Below, one piece after another: positions 1 through 12,407 of a DNA stretch of 64,000 bases (its first letter is position 1; the number at the start of each line of letters is the position of its first letter). The stretch lies in assembly GCA_047967505.1 (NCBI GenBank), contig CM106538.1. One strand, given 5' to 3'. A program made the position numbers and the translations under genes. Source of the DNA: Dipteris shenzhenensis. Its lineage: Eukaryota. The notes below the pieces were generated by a model that was not told the DNA's origin, ran no database searches, and was given only the letters and a program-made list of their open reading frames with translations.

Positions 1-19
1 AAAAATGTTAGCCCCCATG

Positions 20-173
20 GGAGGGAGAGAAAGAGAGACTTGAGATAAACTAAGAGAGAGAATGAGTGGGATGAGGACAGAGAGGGAAACACATAAGAGT
101 TGTTAGAGAGAGAGAGAGAGATTAAGAGAGAGAATGAGGTGTCTTGACTATGGCTACAGAGAGAATTAGGAGT

Positions 174-213
<40 letters not shown>
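20..213. repeat. GA-rich tract / (GA)n microsatellite
   Basis: Pure (GA)n runs at about 105-120 and 175-212 within purine-rich sequence. Confidence 0.9.
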
Positions 214-215
<2 letters not shown>

Positions 216-689
216 TAAAAAGAGGGTTTTATATATTTACATGTTTTATATTATACTTTTAAAAAATTATAAAAGAGTGAATTTATGGTTTGTTTTGAAG
301 GTGAGATAATATTTTTATATATATTCATCTTTTAAGTTGAAAAATGTTAACTTTTCTTTAGATACTTGTTCTTCATTTCTCTCACATGCAGGTTTAGCCT
401 CTACATCAAAACCCCTTCTTTTGCATATTTAAGCCTCTTAAATCCCAGCACATTAAAATGAACACAAAAAAATAAATTATTTATTCCTTTTCTTCGCTTC
501 GACGGTTGGTTTAGCATAGTTTAGCATAGAGATTGCCTTAGAGGAGAGACAATTCTCCAAGTTGCCAATCGAAGCCATGCTCAAATTTTTCTAACTAGTT
601 CCTAATCGTTGTCAGTCCCTTCGCTCACATGCAGTTTAACACTCATAACATGCTATTAAATGAGACCTTTTACCATTTACCAAGAAGTT

Positions 690-1150
690 TATCAGTGGGC
701 AGATTGCATGAGCAGATATCAGTGGACAGATTACATATATCAGTTGACAGATTACATGTCATGGGACATATTGGAGCTTGATGATTATTGGTTATTTTTA
801 TTGCATTTGTATAAATATTTAAGCTCATTTATTGTCATAAAAAACCTTGTAAAGCCTTCTATGCTATTTTTTACATTTATTGTCATATGAAGCGCCTTGT
901 AATAAACCCAACCATTCACTATTTAACGAGTATTAGTGGGCTGCATAAGTGGATATCATGTGGGCTGCATAAGTGGATATCAGTGGAACAATTTTTAGTG
1001 TGGGTAGATTGCATCAGTTGGGTATCAGTGCACAGATATCAATGGATGGATAGATTACATGTCATCACGAAGATTGAAGCTTTATGACTAGAGGGCAAAT
1101 CAATGGATGGACAGATTACATGTCTTCACGAAGATTGAAGCTTTATCACT
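690..1150. repeat. Cluster of short imperfect direct repeats upstream of the polyprotein gene
   Basis: ATCAGTGG.CAGATT(A/G)CAT at 691, 718 and 739. GTGGGCTGCATAAGTGGATATCA occurs twice near 935-982. TCAATGGATGG..AGATTACATGTC.TCACGAAGATTGAAGCTTTAT occurs twice near 1039 and 1100. Confidence 0.8.
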
Positions 1151-2384
1151 AGACGACATTTTATATTATTGTAAAGCTTTATTGGCTAATTTTTTACATT
1201 TGTACAAATATTTAAGCCTTGTAAAGCCTTCTAGGCTATTTCCCACATTTATTGCCATATGAAGCCTTGTAAAGCCTTTTGGGCTATTTCCCACATTTAT
1301 TGTATCAAGCGTTGTATATTCTACTTTACTTGTATGTATCTAAATTCTTCATTATCTTTTCTTGTACGATTATGGAGTAATCAACTAATGTGGGGGCTAT
1401 CCTAAATGACTCTGAGATCAGAGAATGGGTCTCTGATGTCACTTTGAATTTGAAAGGAAAGGAGTATAGCCCCAATGGCTTTAGTGGGTGGACTCGATAT
1501 CACATGGACAGAAGAGCTTGGTTTCGTCATCAAAAGGAAAAGAGACTCTTTCTACTTATGTCAAAAAGGGAGTTCACTGATGTTGAAGATCCATGGGATG
1601 CTACTTTCTTCAAAAAAGATATGACTTCAAGCCTTGTAGTAGGCATAATGATAGAGCCAAAAGAGACTTTTATGGATATTTTTACAAAGAGTTCAGATCC
1701 TGAAGTTGGCGGTCTTCATTTTGTTGTGTCAAGGAGAGAATCAAAGACCTTTGTGATGCCTCCTCCTCAACCATCAAAGTTTCCAGAGCTGCAAAGTGCA
1801 TTGGAGGCTCTTTCATATACTTGGGAGCAATTTCCTAGTGTGGGGGCAAAAAGGATGCATGCAAAGATAATGTTTGAGTACTTTCAAGATGCACAAAATC
1901 TCCTCATATTCAAGGATCTTCACATGAAGGAGATCAAAAAGCTCATACTTCAATGCAGGGACAAGAAGAACAGGCACACTGTCACAAACATGTAGGACAT
2001 GAGTGCAAACTTCTAGAGCAAGAAATGGTGGATGTAACTAAGGATGATGAAACACAAGCCTTGAGTGCACGGGAATTTAAAAAAATTGAAGAAGATCAAG
2101 GTCGATCCACTGTAGCTATGCTAGAAGCTCTTGCTAGCAAACCACGACGTGAAATGCAAAAGGCTAGTACTGCAAGAGCCACGGTTCCAAGCAGCAAAAA
2201 AAGGCATCGTCCCACTGTAGAGAGAGATAATGTGGATGAAAAACGGTTAAAAGAAGAGAAATATGAAGAAGACTCAGAACCCGAGGCTGAAGATGATCAG
2301 GATGAACTCACATCAATCAAAAATCTTAATCTGCATCTTAATGAAGCAATTACAGATGATGATGTGGGATATATCTGGGGTCAA

Positions 2385-2990
2385 AGGATGTGGTTTGTGA
2401 ATGCCAAGGCTGTGGAAGCTGCAGCTATCTTTACTAATAGCCAAAGCCTTGATATATCCTATGCATTGCAAATATACGAGGCTTTGAGAGATGGTAAGAA
2501 ACCTATGGCAAGCAATGTGGTCTTGCGCCCAATAATGTTTTGTCCATTCAAAAATAGTTTTCTAGATCAAATAACATTTACAGGGCCTACACATTTTGAG
2601 GAAACCTTCAGTCGATTCTTTAAAGACACTCTTAAAAATATTCTACATGAACAAGGCGAAGAGGCACAAGGTGAGAATATGCTAAAGGAAGCAAAGAAGG
2701 AATTCCTCCTTCATTGCAGATTCCAGCCCATTGATGGTCAACATTGGGCTTATGCTTATAATCAGATCGCGGAAGCAAAGGAGGTCAAAAGACTCACTTT
2801 AGAACAATTTTCAAAGATAAGTTCATTCCATTATTATCCTGCAACAATTTGTATATTCAAGCATGAGATCAAGTATTTGATTGAGTCCGAAAGACTTAAT
2901 CGTTATGTCCATGGAAAGTGTAAGATATCCTCAACATCAGAGGTCTTACAGAAGGCAAGGGTTATATGGACAACATTTGGTTCTCCAAAT
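2385..2990 (+). other. ParB/Sulfiredoxin-like (DGQHR-type) domain
   Basis: NSQSLDISYALQIYEAL...NVVLRP...FQPIDGQHWAYAYNQI...YPATI...SERLN follows the ParB/Srx core pattern. The W codon (TGG, 2745-2747) is one CpG deamination away from CGG (Arg), which would give DGQHR. Confidence 0.6.
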
Positions 2991-3719
2991 CCTAATTTGA
3001 AGCGAAAGGTCACAAAAGCAGACGCCGACACACCCACGAACTTCTATACTTCTTTGAGTGTAGTTGTGCCTAGGGGAACTTAAGAGTGAGAAGAAAGTAT
3101 GACAAGCCTCAAGGTGGTGAGGGACATATATGCCGACTACACTTCTATCATATTTCGTCCTGTTGAAGTGTTCAATGAGATGCTTGAAACGTGCATTGCT
3201 TGTGAGCGTGGACAGTTGACCTATGAAGCTCATTTGTTTATCTCGGGAAAGTCAAAGGTAATGGATAAGAAGGAGTTGACGGCAAGGATGTGGAGGCCTA
3301 TAAAGTACTTACCTGACAAGTATGCATCCATGGCAACACAAAAAATTTTAAAGAAAGAATGGTTTTTTGGAAAAAAAGACAAAGACCACTGCATGGAAGA
3401 ATGCATCAATGTACAGGTGAGGCGTAATGCAGTGCATAATGCCATTAAGTATTTGCTGTCAGAGAAACAAATTCCACTTACTCATTGTAACATTGACTAT
3501 AATGTGGTGAAGCATATAGCTTCTTTGTCAACACCCAAGGTAAAGCTATGGGCAAACAGGTGGATTAAAAAGGATGAAGATGGGTTAGAAATAGTAACCT
3601 CTTATATGAGAAAAGAAATCCCACAACAGGTGGTTGCATATGTGGAAAGATTAATCAGCGAGATAAGGATGCTGACAGATATGCACCAAAGCTTTCAATT
3701 CAATGTAGAGGTTACGGCA

Positions 3720-4365
3720 GAGTCTGGAAAGCTTGTGAACTTCAGGGGAGTCTCAGAAGATGACTTCTTCAAGAATGAGTCAGCATGGAATAAGCCACAA
3801 CTATTCTTTATCAATGAAGTTTTTAGCGATGATATCCATAACTTCATTGATAGAATAGTATATACCACCATTAGCAAAGTGGCAATTTGCAACATTGTCA
3901 TTTTTGTTGATAAAAAAGACAAAGAACCCATGCAGGTTACTCTAGAACGAGCATATTCATCAGATTTGAAGATCTATAGTGGTGTTTATGTAGCAAAGAG
4001 AGGCAAGAGAGAATGTGGCATAGCGATTCAATCTCTTGAATCATTCTTTTTGTGTATGCGGAGTCCCAACCTTGATCACTCCTTACAAAAGAACATAAGA
4101 GGGAATTCAAATAATTTGAGATTGATGCTAGAAGAGCAAGATATTCCCAGGTCCATACATTATCAAAAAAACAACTATGGAAGTTCTGCAAAAAGTGGGA
4201 GTCTCTTGCTTACCATGATAGAGAATTTGCAACCGGCAGGTTGGGAAGTCACCTTGTGCAGGATGGGATATTTATTTGAGGATCTCCTCAGAAAAGGCAA
4301 CTCCACAAATATTATTGAAAATAAACATTTCATGGCTTATTTTCAGCTTCAAGCATATCTAACCA
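3720..4365 (+). other. Degenerate beta-class N4C/N6A DNA methyltransferase-like domain
   Basis: PQLFFINEVF sits where DL(I/V)xxDPPY would be, followed by CNIVIFVD and LESFFLCMR. The C-terminal block AKSGSLLLTMIENLQPAGWEVTLCRMG...LLRKGNSTNIIE parallels KPxxLxxxLIxxxxxxGxxVLDxFxGxGxxxxAAxxxxRxxxGxE. The canonical DPPY and FxGxG motifs are absent. Confidence 0.45.
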
Positions 4366-4669
4366 CAGGCTATGAAAAAGAGATAGACCACAAGGACATT
4401 GATGACATGGATGATTATCTTGAAGATCATAATGTCCCAGTGGATGATGATGAAAAGATGGACTTACATGACCCGTTCAGAGAGAGGTTGGTGGATGAAG
4501 ACAAACATGATGATGCCTTCTTTGATAATTATGGCTCGCAGGGTTATGAAAAAAGGCCACTGCGACAATACTTAGCGGTATGAACTCTCTATTTCTCAAC
4601 TAAATACAAATTTTTAAATAAGATTTAAATTTAAAGATAATGAATCTAATCTCTCATATTTGTTTATAG

Positions 4670-5854
4670 GCAATAGAGGGAGAAGAAATGGATGAAGTCA
4701 ATATGGATGCACTCCCTTCTACTTCAACAATGCAACCACCTCTAAATTTGATTGAAGAATCCCATGAGCACAAGAGCTTTAAAGACACCATGGAAAAGCA
4801 AAATGACTGCAAACATAGAATACAAGCTATGACAGAGACCCATTTTGCAAATTTAGCTGCATTGGATAAAATGGAGAGCTCATTTGAAGTTAGGATCGTT
4901 TTGAAACGAGAACCTCAGTATTTGAGCTTTGGTAGAGAGGAGGTTTCAATCCTCTCCAATCCTTTAAAAGAGGTTAATGACAATGTTATCTTGGCCATTC
5001 TCAGGTAAGGTTTGTTTATTTGTTGCTACTTCAATGAGCTAACATTTGTTTATTTATTTACAGTGTAGTTATATATCAGTTTCCTAGTGCAGAATGCAAA
5101 TCAATTCTATGAGCTAACGTTTGTTTATTTCTTGGTGCAGTGTAGTTATTTCTCAGCTTCCTAGTGCAGTGCAGCATCGTGTCTACATGCTCGATGTTCT
5201 CCTTTCTTCTATTCTTAGCTCCCTCAAAAGACTATAGAAGATGTTTGTACCTGGTTAAGCCCTTTGAAATTAGATAGAGTGCGAGTCATCTTTATGCCTT
5301 ATCATGAGGCGTAAGTATCAACTCTAGCCTTATTTTTACTATTTCTTTGGCAAGTTTGTGTAAAACGATAATCATTTTTATTCTGGTCGTGTAGCTCACA
5401 TTGGAGTCTGATCGCCTGGGACCTTGAACTCAACCGTTTGTGGTTTGTGAATTCAATGGAAGGCTATCATGCCAACTCCCCAAGGTAATTATTCTCTTAA
5501 TATTTTTGATACTTTCTTATTTTGTATCTTATGATCATGACATATTAATATATTTAATATGTCATGATGGACAGTGTTGCAAATCGGCTAGTATCTATTG
5601 TCAGAACAACCATGGAGCAACAAGACCAAGTAGAATTCAAAAGACGTCTGCCAGTGGAGCAAAAAGATGGGCACAGCTGTGGGTGGAGAGTTGCCTACAA
5701 CTGCATGTTGTTTCTTAGAGAGATTTTTGATTTGGAGTTACCAATCAAAATGAAATCATATACAGAAGCCGATCTGCTAGCATTTCAGGCTGAGAGTATT
5801 CAGCGTCTAATTGCTACCATTGGGAAACAACCTGAAAATATGACTACATTGTAG
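4670..5854 (+). other. Ulp1/C48 cysteine protease domain, copy 1 (4 exons)
   Basis: Spliced reading gives EVNDNVILAIL...RVIFMPYHEA/SHWSLIAWDLELNRLWFVNS...EQKDGHSCGWRVAYN, with His, oxyanion Gln and Cys motifs. One frameshift near 5230. Confidence 0.8.
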
Positions 5855-6231
5855 CATGTATAAAACCTTATCTTTATTCTTGTATGCTTGTTCAAGCCTT
5901 TAATTAGGATGTGTAAATCTCATAACTTTTTTATATTTTCCTCCGAGGAGAAGAGACTGAGTCTAATGAAAGCATGCTATCTTTATACTTCTATGATTAT
6001 TTAAACCTTTATTTTTATTTGGGATGTGTAAATCTCATAACTTTTTAAATTTTTCCTCCAAGAGGAGGAGAGACTCACTCTAATGAAAGCATGTATGAAA
6101 CCTTACTTTTTAAATTTTTGCTCCAAGAGGAGGAGAGACTCACTCTAATGAAAGCATGTATGAAACCTTATCTACTTGTTTGAGCCTTTATTTGGGATGT
6201 GTACATCGCATAACTTTTTTATATTTTTATA

Positions 6232-7260
6232 GCAGAAGGAGGATGTAGAAGACATAGCAAGTGAAGAAGAATATGATGTAGACTACTCTCTCAATAAGAT
6301 GAGTCATGAAAATATGAATCTATTAGAGCAGATTGGAAGTTCATTCACCACTATGTTGTGAATTCGACAGCAACCTCATTTTTTTGAATTTGGTGAAGAA
6401 GAGATTTCAATCCTCTTGAATCCTAAGAAAGAGGTTAATGTTAAAGTCATTACAACCATCCTCGGGTTTGATGCAGCCTTTTCCTTGGCTTTATACTTTG
6501 CTTATTTTGATTAAACCCAAGATGCTAATACTTTTTTTTTAAATATAGTAATGTTATAACAAATTTTTCGCAAAATATACAAAGCATTTCATATATGCTC
6601 GATCCTCATATTTCAGAAGTACTTAGCAACAAAGAAGAAACCATAGAGGATGTTTGCAAGTGGTTGAAGCACGTTCCTATGAATGACGCACGAGTTATTT
6701 TTACAGCATATTATGAGAAGTAAGCATCAAACCCTACTTGTTTTTTCTATTGCATTGCTAGAATTGTCTCAAACACAGTAATTATTCTTTATTGATAATG
6801 CAACTCACATTGGAGTCTGGTAGTCGTGGACATCTTTGTGAAGAAGTGCTTCTTTGAGGCTTCTTTGCCAACTCAATGACATTCGTTCATGGCACTGTGT
6901 TAGAGTAAGTACAGACTACACTTGTTGTCACTTCTTGACATGTAGATCGATATGCAATGCACATATTCACTGTTGTTATATGTTTTGATGTGCAGATCAG
7001 CTCAAAAGTTAGTAGGTGCTATCGACACAGTAATGCGGCAATGTGACTTGGCACAACAAATAGAGTATATAACATGTCAGGTATCACATCAAGAGAATAG
7101 CCACATCTATAACTGTGGATGGAGGGTGGGCTACAATTGCTTTTTGATACTTGGTCAAATTTTTGAGATACAAAATGACACAACACTGTCAACATATACG
7201 GATTTGCATCTCTATGCATTTATAACATGTACCATTTGAGCAATCATTAAGGGTGACATT
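6232..7260 (+). other. Ulp1/C48 domain, copy 2 (degenerate)
   Basis: Same exon layout as copy 1: RVIFTAYYEK, HWSLVVVD, QENSHIYNCGWRVGYN. Contains internal stops and a frameshift. Confidence 0.75.
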
Positions 7261-8330
7261 ATGGACCCTCCCACAAGGCAAATAGATGATAATGGCTCAG
7301 AGGAGTACGAAATGAATGCCGTCAAAGAGTCAAAGGGGATAGAAGACCTCAACTCTACAAACATGGCTTTATTGGAAGAATTGGGAAGCTCTTTTAATGT
7401 TAGGGTTATGATTCAACATAGACCTCAGTATCTTGAATTTGGGGGAGAGGAGATTTCAATCCTCTCTAGAGCTTCAAATGAGGTCAATAACAACGTTATG
7501 ATGGCCATTCTCAGGTTTGATACAAACTTTTTCTCTACTTGATAATTCAATATTTTGATTAAATCTAATAAGCTAATATTCATTTATTTGTTGGTGCAGT
7601 ATAGTTATCTCACGATTTGGTAGAGCTATACAAAACCATGTGTATATGTTGGATTCCCTCCTTTCTCCTATACTTAGCAATAGTAGGAAGACGATAGCCG
7701 ATGTTTGTAAATGGTTACAGCCTTTGCATTTACATGGCGTGCGAGTCCTATTTATGGCATATTACGAGATGTAAGTATCATGGCAACCTTTATTTTCATC
7801 TTATATTGGCAACATTGTGTTAAATAATAATGGTTCTTAATTATTCGTGTAGGGAACATTGGAGTCTGGTGGTTTGGGACCTTGAAGACAACTATTGTTG
7901 GTTTGTTAACTCGATTGTAGGCTTCCATGGCTCAGTGCAAACGTAAGTATTCTATGAATCTGTTGTTACTTCTATATTATGTACCTTATGTAATAGACAC
8001 ACTAATTTTTTTTAATATGTCATGAGGAGCAGGTCGATTGAGAAGTTGGTATCTGCTATCAGAGAAACAGGATAGTACAAAGACTCGGTAGACTTCCAAA
8101 AGCATTTAGTAGTAGAGCAGGAAGATGGGCATGTTGTTTGTGGAGAGTTGCCTACAATTGCATGTTGATTTTACAAGAAATTTTCTCACTTAAGCCACAG
8201 ATCTCATCAGAAGACTCTTTGGAGCTCAAATATTCAGAGGAGGATATACAATTGTTTAGGGTTGAAATCATTCGAGACCTAATTGCTGCCATTAGAATAC
8301 AATGTGCAACTGAAGCAATATCAGAGCTTG
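7261..8330 (+). other. Ulp1/C48 domain, copy 3 (degenerate)
   Basis: EVNNNVMMAIL...RVLFMAYYE, EHWSLVVWDLEDNYCWFVNS, then EQEDGH followed after a 1-bp deletion by CLWRVAYN. Confidence 0.75.
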
Positions 8331-8817
8331 CATTTAAGGAAGAGGATACTGAGTCTACTGTGAAAGCACTACACACTACAGAACAAGTAGAGACTTAGTG
8401 TACACCTACAACACCACAGCCTCCACTGGAAGCATCAAAAGAGTTGCCACAGCCTCCGCTTGCATTCAAGGAAGAGGATACTGAGTCTACTCCTAAAGCA
8501 CTACATACTACAGAAGAAGTAGAGACTGAGTGTACATCTAGAGCACCACAACCTCCATTGGAAGCATAAGAAGAGTTGCCACAGTTTCCACTAGAAGCAT
8601 CAGAAGAGTTGTGATGCATGTATGATGTTGTGTTTGTAGTTTTTGTTGATTATACACCAATTTGTGACTTATTACTTAAGTGGCATTTACTGATGATATT
8701 TATATAATTATTTCATGCACACAATTTTATGATATGAATGTGTGATGATGTGATTATTTGGAAATATAACCTTGTGTGATGAGAATTTTGATATGAATAT
8801 GTGATGATGTAATATTT

Positions 8818-9700
8818 GTAATATATTTCACTCGCAAGTATCAATTCCCAATGCTCCACTCACTTAAAGAACAGCATTCCCAATGCTCTGTAAAATTTTA
8901 TTCAGTTGGACAGTCTCCACTCACTTAAAGTAGAGCATTCCCAATGCTTCTCTCACTTTATTCCAACCCTTATCCTTATCATAGCGAACACATCGTGCCT
9001 TAGTGCACTTGTATTCTTCCATCCTAGTCCTTCCACAAATGCTCTCTTATTTCTTACATCCTAGTCCTTCTGATTAACTTGTATTCGTCTTTCACTTTAC
9101 ACCTTCCCTCACTTTCTATCCCTTCAAGACACTCTCTTATTTCTTACATCCTAGTCCTTCTAATTAACTTGTATTCGTCTTTCACTTTATGTCTTTCCTC
9201 ACTTTCTATCGCTCTCTCTCTCTCTTACTTGTAATATATTTCACTTGCAAGTATCAATTCCCAATGCTCCACTCACTTAAAGTATAGAATTCCCAATGCT
9301 CTGCAAAATTTTATTCAATCGGACAGTCTCCACTCACTTAAAGTAGAGCATTACCAATGCTTCTCTCACTTTATTCCAACCCTTATCCTTATCATAGTGA
9401 ACACATCGTGCCTTAGTGCACTTGTATTCTTCTATCCTAGTCCTTCCACAAACACTCTCTTATTTCTTATATCCAGCTAGTCCTTCTCAGTAACTTGTAT
9501 TCTTCTATCCTAGTCCTTCCACAAACACTCTCTTCTTTCATCCATCCTAGTAACTTGTATTCTTCTATCCTAGTTCTTCCACAAACACTCTCTTCTTTCA
9601 TCCATCCTAGTGCTTCTCATTAACTTGTATTCTTCCATCCTAGTCCTGCAACAAACACTCTCTTCTTTCTTCCATCGTAGTCCATCTCTCTTTCTTTATC
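8818..9700. repeat. Nested tandem duplications
   Basis: A block starting GTAATATATTTCACT.GCAAGTATCAATTCCCAATGCTCC occurs at 8818 and 9231. It is followed by several ~60-bp units containing TAACTTGTATTCTTC.ATCCTAGTCC...ACAAACACTCTCTT. Confidence 0.85.
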
Positions 9701-9712
9701 GTCTCCCCACCC

Positions 9713-9934
9713 ATGGATATCCTTGGCATTGTCGAAGACGTGGAGTTCGGAATTAACAGTCTCAAAGAATGGATTGCTGACCAAGGAGCACAAAGAGAGG
9801 CCAGAATTCGACAAGGTTCTCCTTTGACACACATGGAGAGAGAGGAATTTGATGCACAAAGGCACGCAGAGAGGGAGGAGACTCTCAAGATAGCAGAAAG
9901 TGAAAGACTTTTAAGACGTATGATAAAAGCATGA
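9713..9934 (+). CDS. Small 73-aa ORF of unknown function; degenerate second copy at 11189-11270
   Basis: MDILGIVEDVEFGINSLKEWIADQGA versus MDVVGIVRDVESGIDSLK*WVADQGA. Both have the same upstream motif and CCACCATGG-like start context. Confidence 0.35.
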   Translation: MDILGIVEDVEFGINSLKEWIADQGAQREARIRQGSPLTHMEREEFDAQRHAEREETLKIAESERLLRRMIKA

Positions 9935-10654
9935 CAAGATCTCTTAGACTTCTTAAGTAACCCTTGTTATCGTAGCTCTCATCATGGGCAATTTGATGCG
10001 GATGCTGAGAGAACAATAAGAGCCTCATAGAGAAATTATAAAGAAACTATTTGTGACTGCTTAAATTACTTCTTTGCATATAATTATGTTGAGGATATAG
10101 CTGTGGAGGCAGTGAAAGATTGGGTTATTGAGAAGATAAGAGAGACCAATGATGAGATCTTCTAGACTTTGGGTGATTAAGAAGATAAGAGAGACCAAGA
10201 TGAGATCTTCTAGGAGCTAATGTATTAAGGTGTTTTTTGACACCATATGGCTTTGAGTTATATGATCTACTTTTTGTACAAATGTGATGTGCTCTTTTTG
10301 AAATGTACTCTAGTTTTAATAACATGTCACGCCTTTTTTTCTAATTTGATTTTTTAAAATCTTACTTTTTGTCTCTTTTAACAATGTGATGTCCTCTATT
10401 TTTAATGTACTCTAGTTTTAATAACATCTCACGTCATTTTTTTTAATTTGATTTTTTAAAATCTTCCTTTTTGACTCAATGTTTTGTTTTATAAAAGCCT
10501 CTTTTTTTTTAAATGTTTTATCCAAAATTATCTCACAAAATGAATTTGGACAGTGCACGAGTCCAAAATTAATGAAATAGGTATTACTCACGACTGGGCA
10601 AGGACAAAGATTCATAAAGACAATGAATATTTAATGAAAGAGATGACAAGGGAT

Positions 10655-11115
10655 GTAAGACCGTAATGCGAGACATGTGAGACATGTAAGACAATAATCA
10701 GTACATTGAAATCTATAAAATTAAATGATGGAATACAAGAATGATATAATTATTAGAATCTCATCATGAGATATTTTTTTAAAATAATAAGTTAGACTTG
10801 CTGATGCAAGACCGTAATGCGAGACATGTGAGATGATAGATTTTGAGTACATTGAAATCTATAAAATAAAGTGATGGAACACAAGAATGATATAATTATT
10901 AGATTCTCATCATAAGATATTTATTGTATATAATAAGTTAGACTTCAAAAAAAGTAAAACCGATTTAATAAATTTAGAGAGGTGAGTTGTCCATTGAGTG
11001 AAGTAAAAAATAAAAGACCGTAAATATGAGAGACACATGAGATGATAGATTTTGAATCGGTTTAAATCTATGAAATAGTGATTCAAGATAAGAATAATAT
11101 AATTAGACTCCCTTA
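10655..11115. repeat. Three imperfect ~150-200-bp tandem units
   Basis: AGACCGTAA...GAGACA..TGAGA and AAATCTAT.AAAT...ATATAATTA recur at about 10660, 10810 and 11015. Confidence 0.75.
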
Positions 11116-12407
11116 TTTCGTTCATCCTAGTCCTTCTACAAGCACATTCTTCATTTATCACTCTTAATTTATCATCTCTCCACCCACCATGGATGTTGTT
11201 GGCATCGTCAGAGATGTGGAGTCTGGAATTGACAGTCTCAAATAATGGGTTGCTGACCAAGGAGCAAGGAGACCGATTGTGCCTCAAATTAGGAACGCCA
11301 CCCGACCGATTGTACCTCCACCCAACCAACGCCAACACACAAATAAAAGTAACAAAAGACCCTCCTAACAAAAGCACTAGGGTCAACAACCATGCAACAC
11401 TTGTAGCCACCCAAATAGGCTTAACTAAAACAAGCAATGATACCAACATGAGCCAAAGTGAAGCAAAGACTAAGTGACTTACGAGCGCATCATCGTGTTT
11501 GGTTCCAAGTGCAAACCATTATCACCAGCACGATTGCATCTACTTTCGGTAGCATGTTGTGTGCTCCCAACTTCACATCTAGGATCATTGTGATGATCAT
11601 CTACAAAGCAAGCATTCTTGTCAATACAAGAAAAGAAAAAGTCGACATGTTTCGGCCTTGTAACTCTGTGTTGTAACGAAGACACCAATAGCAAACGAGA
11701 AGTGCTCCATGGAACAGAATTCAATGACTTAGTAGAGGCTAGTAAGGCTTGCAAGCTAGTGAAAAAACCTTGGCGTAGCATCGTAGAGCCCCCCGTTGAT
11801 AAAGTCATTTGCTATCCCTTTCTTTTCGCAAGTCTGGGGAATCAATATCGTTACTTTCTAATGGTCCCGTGCTTTTCCAAAAAATAGGTTTGAATTCAAA
11901 TGCATCTCTTTGTTGTGTTCCTCAAGGAACAACATTGGTGGATGCGAGTAGTATAGCTTTGATGGTGCAATGCACTTAAGATGGAAAGAATTTATTGCAA
12001 TATATATTTTTGTTTTGTCTCTCTTGTGCATAGGCATTTATTGTTTGCATATCTACACCGGGGAAGATATACCACTATGTGAATTCCTTTGTTTTAACCT
12101 TCAGATCAAAGTAATTTGTCCTTCCAAATGTAATTCTAACCCGCGTACATCTTTGCAAAATTGGTGAGTCTCTATAGAGAATGGAATCGTGGATCGTGAT
12201 GACATTTGCATTTTCGATCGGAAGCAACGATCCATCTCGTTCACTGTAAGAATAGGCTCACCAAGATCTTGACCGAGGACAGTTTCTGTTTCGACACGAA
12301 CTCCTTCAACACAATCGACCACACCTAAGGCCCCTTTTGTGATACGCAGGGCAGCCGATTCACCTGAACATGTTGATTTTTCCTCCGCGCGCATAATATT
12401 AACTGGC

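Larger units (their letters stand above)
1372..8614 (+). pseudogene. Decayed multi-exon polyprotein gene (probably TE cargo): N-terminal domain, ParB/DGQHR-like domain, amino-MTase-like domain, three Ulp1/C48 proteases, repetitive tail
   Basis: ATG 1372 is in frame with ORF 1390. ORFs 1953 and 3099 share one frame, separated by a single TAA at 3081. A phase-0 GT-AG intron (4578-4669) joins ORF 3099 to the first Ulp1 exon. Most internal stops are TAA/TAG, consistent with C>T decay, and there are a few frameshifts. Confidence 0.7.

Noticed and set aside
2733-2747. DGQH motif as bacterial DndB or contamination
   Set aside because: The gene has spliceosomal introns and plant TE-type decay, and no dnd operon is present.
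11300-12400. Hydrophobic and other short minus-strand ORFs
   Set aside because: No recognisable motif. They may be captured fragments but I cannot assign them.
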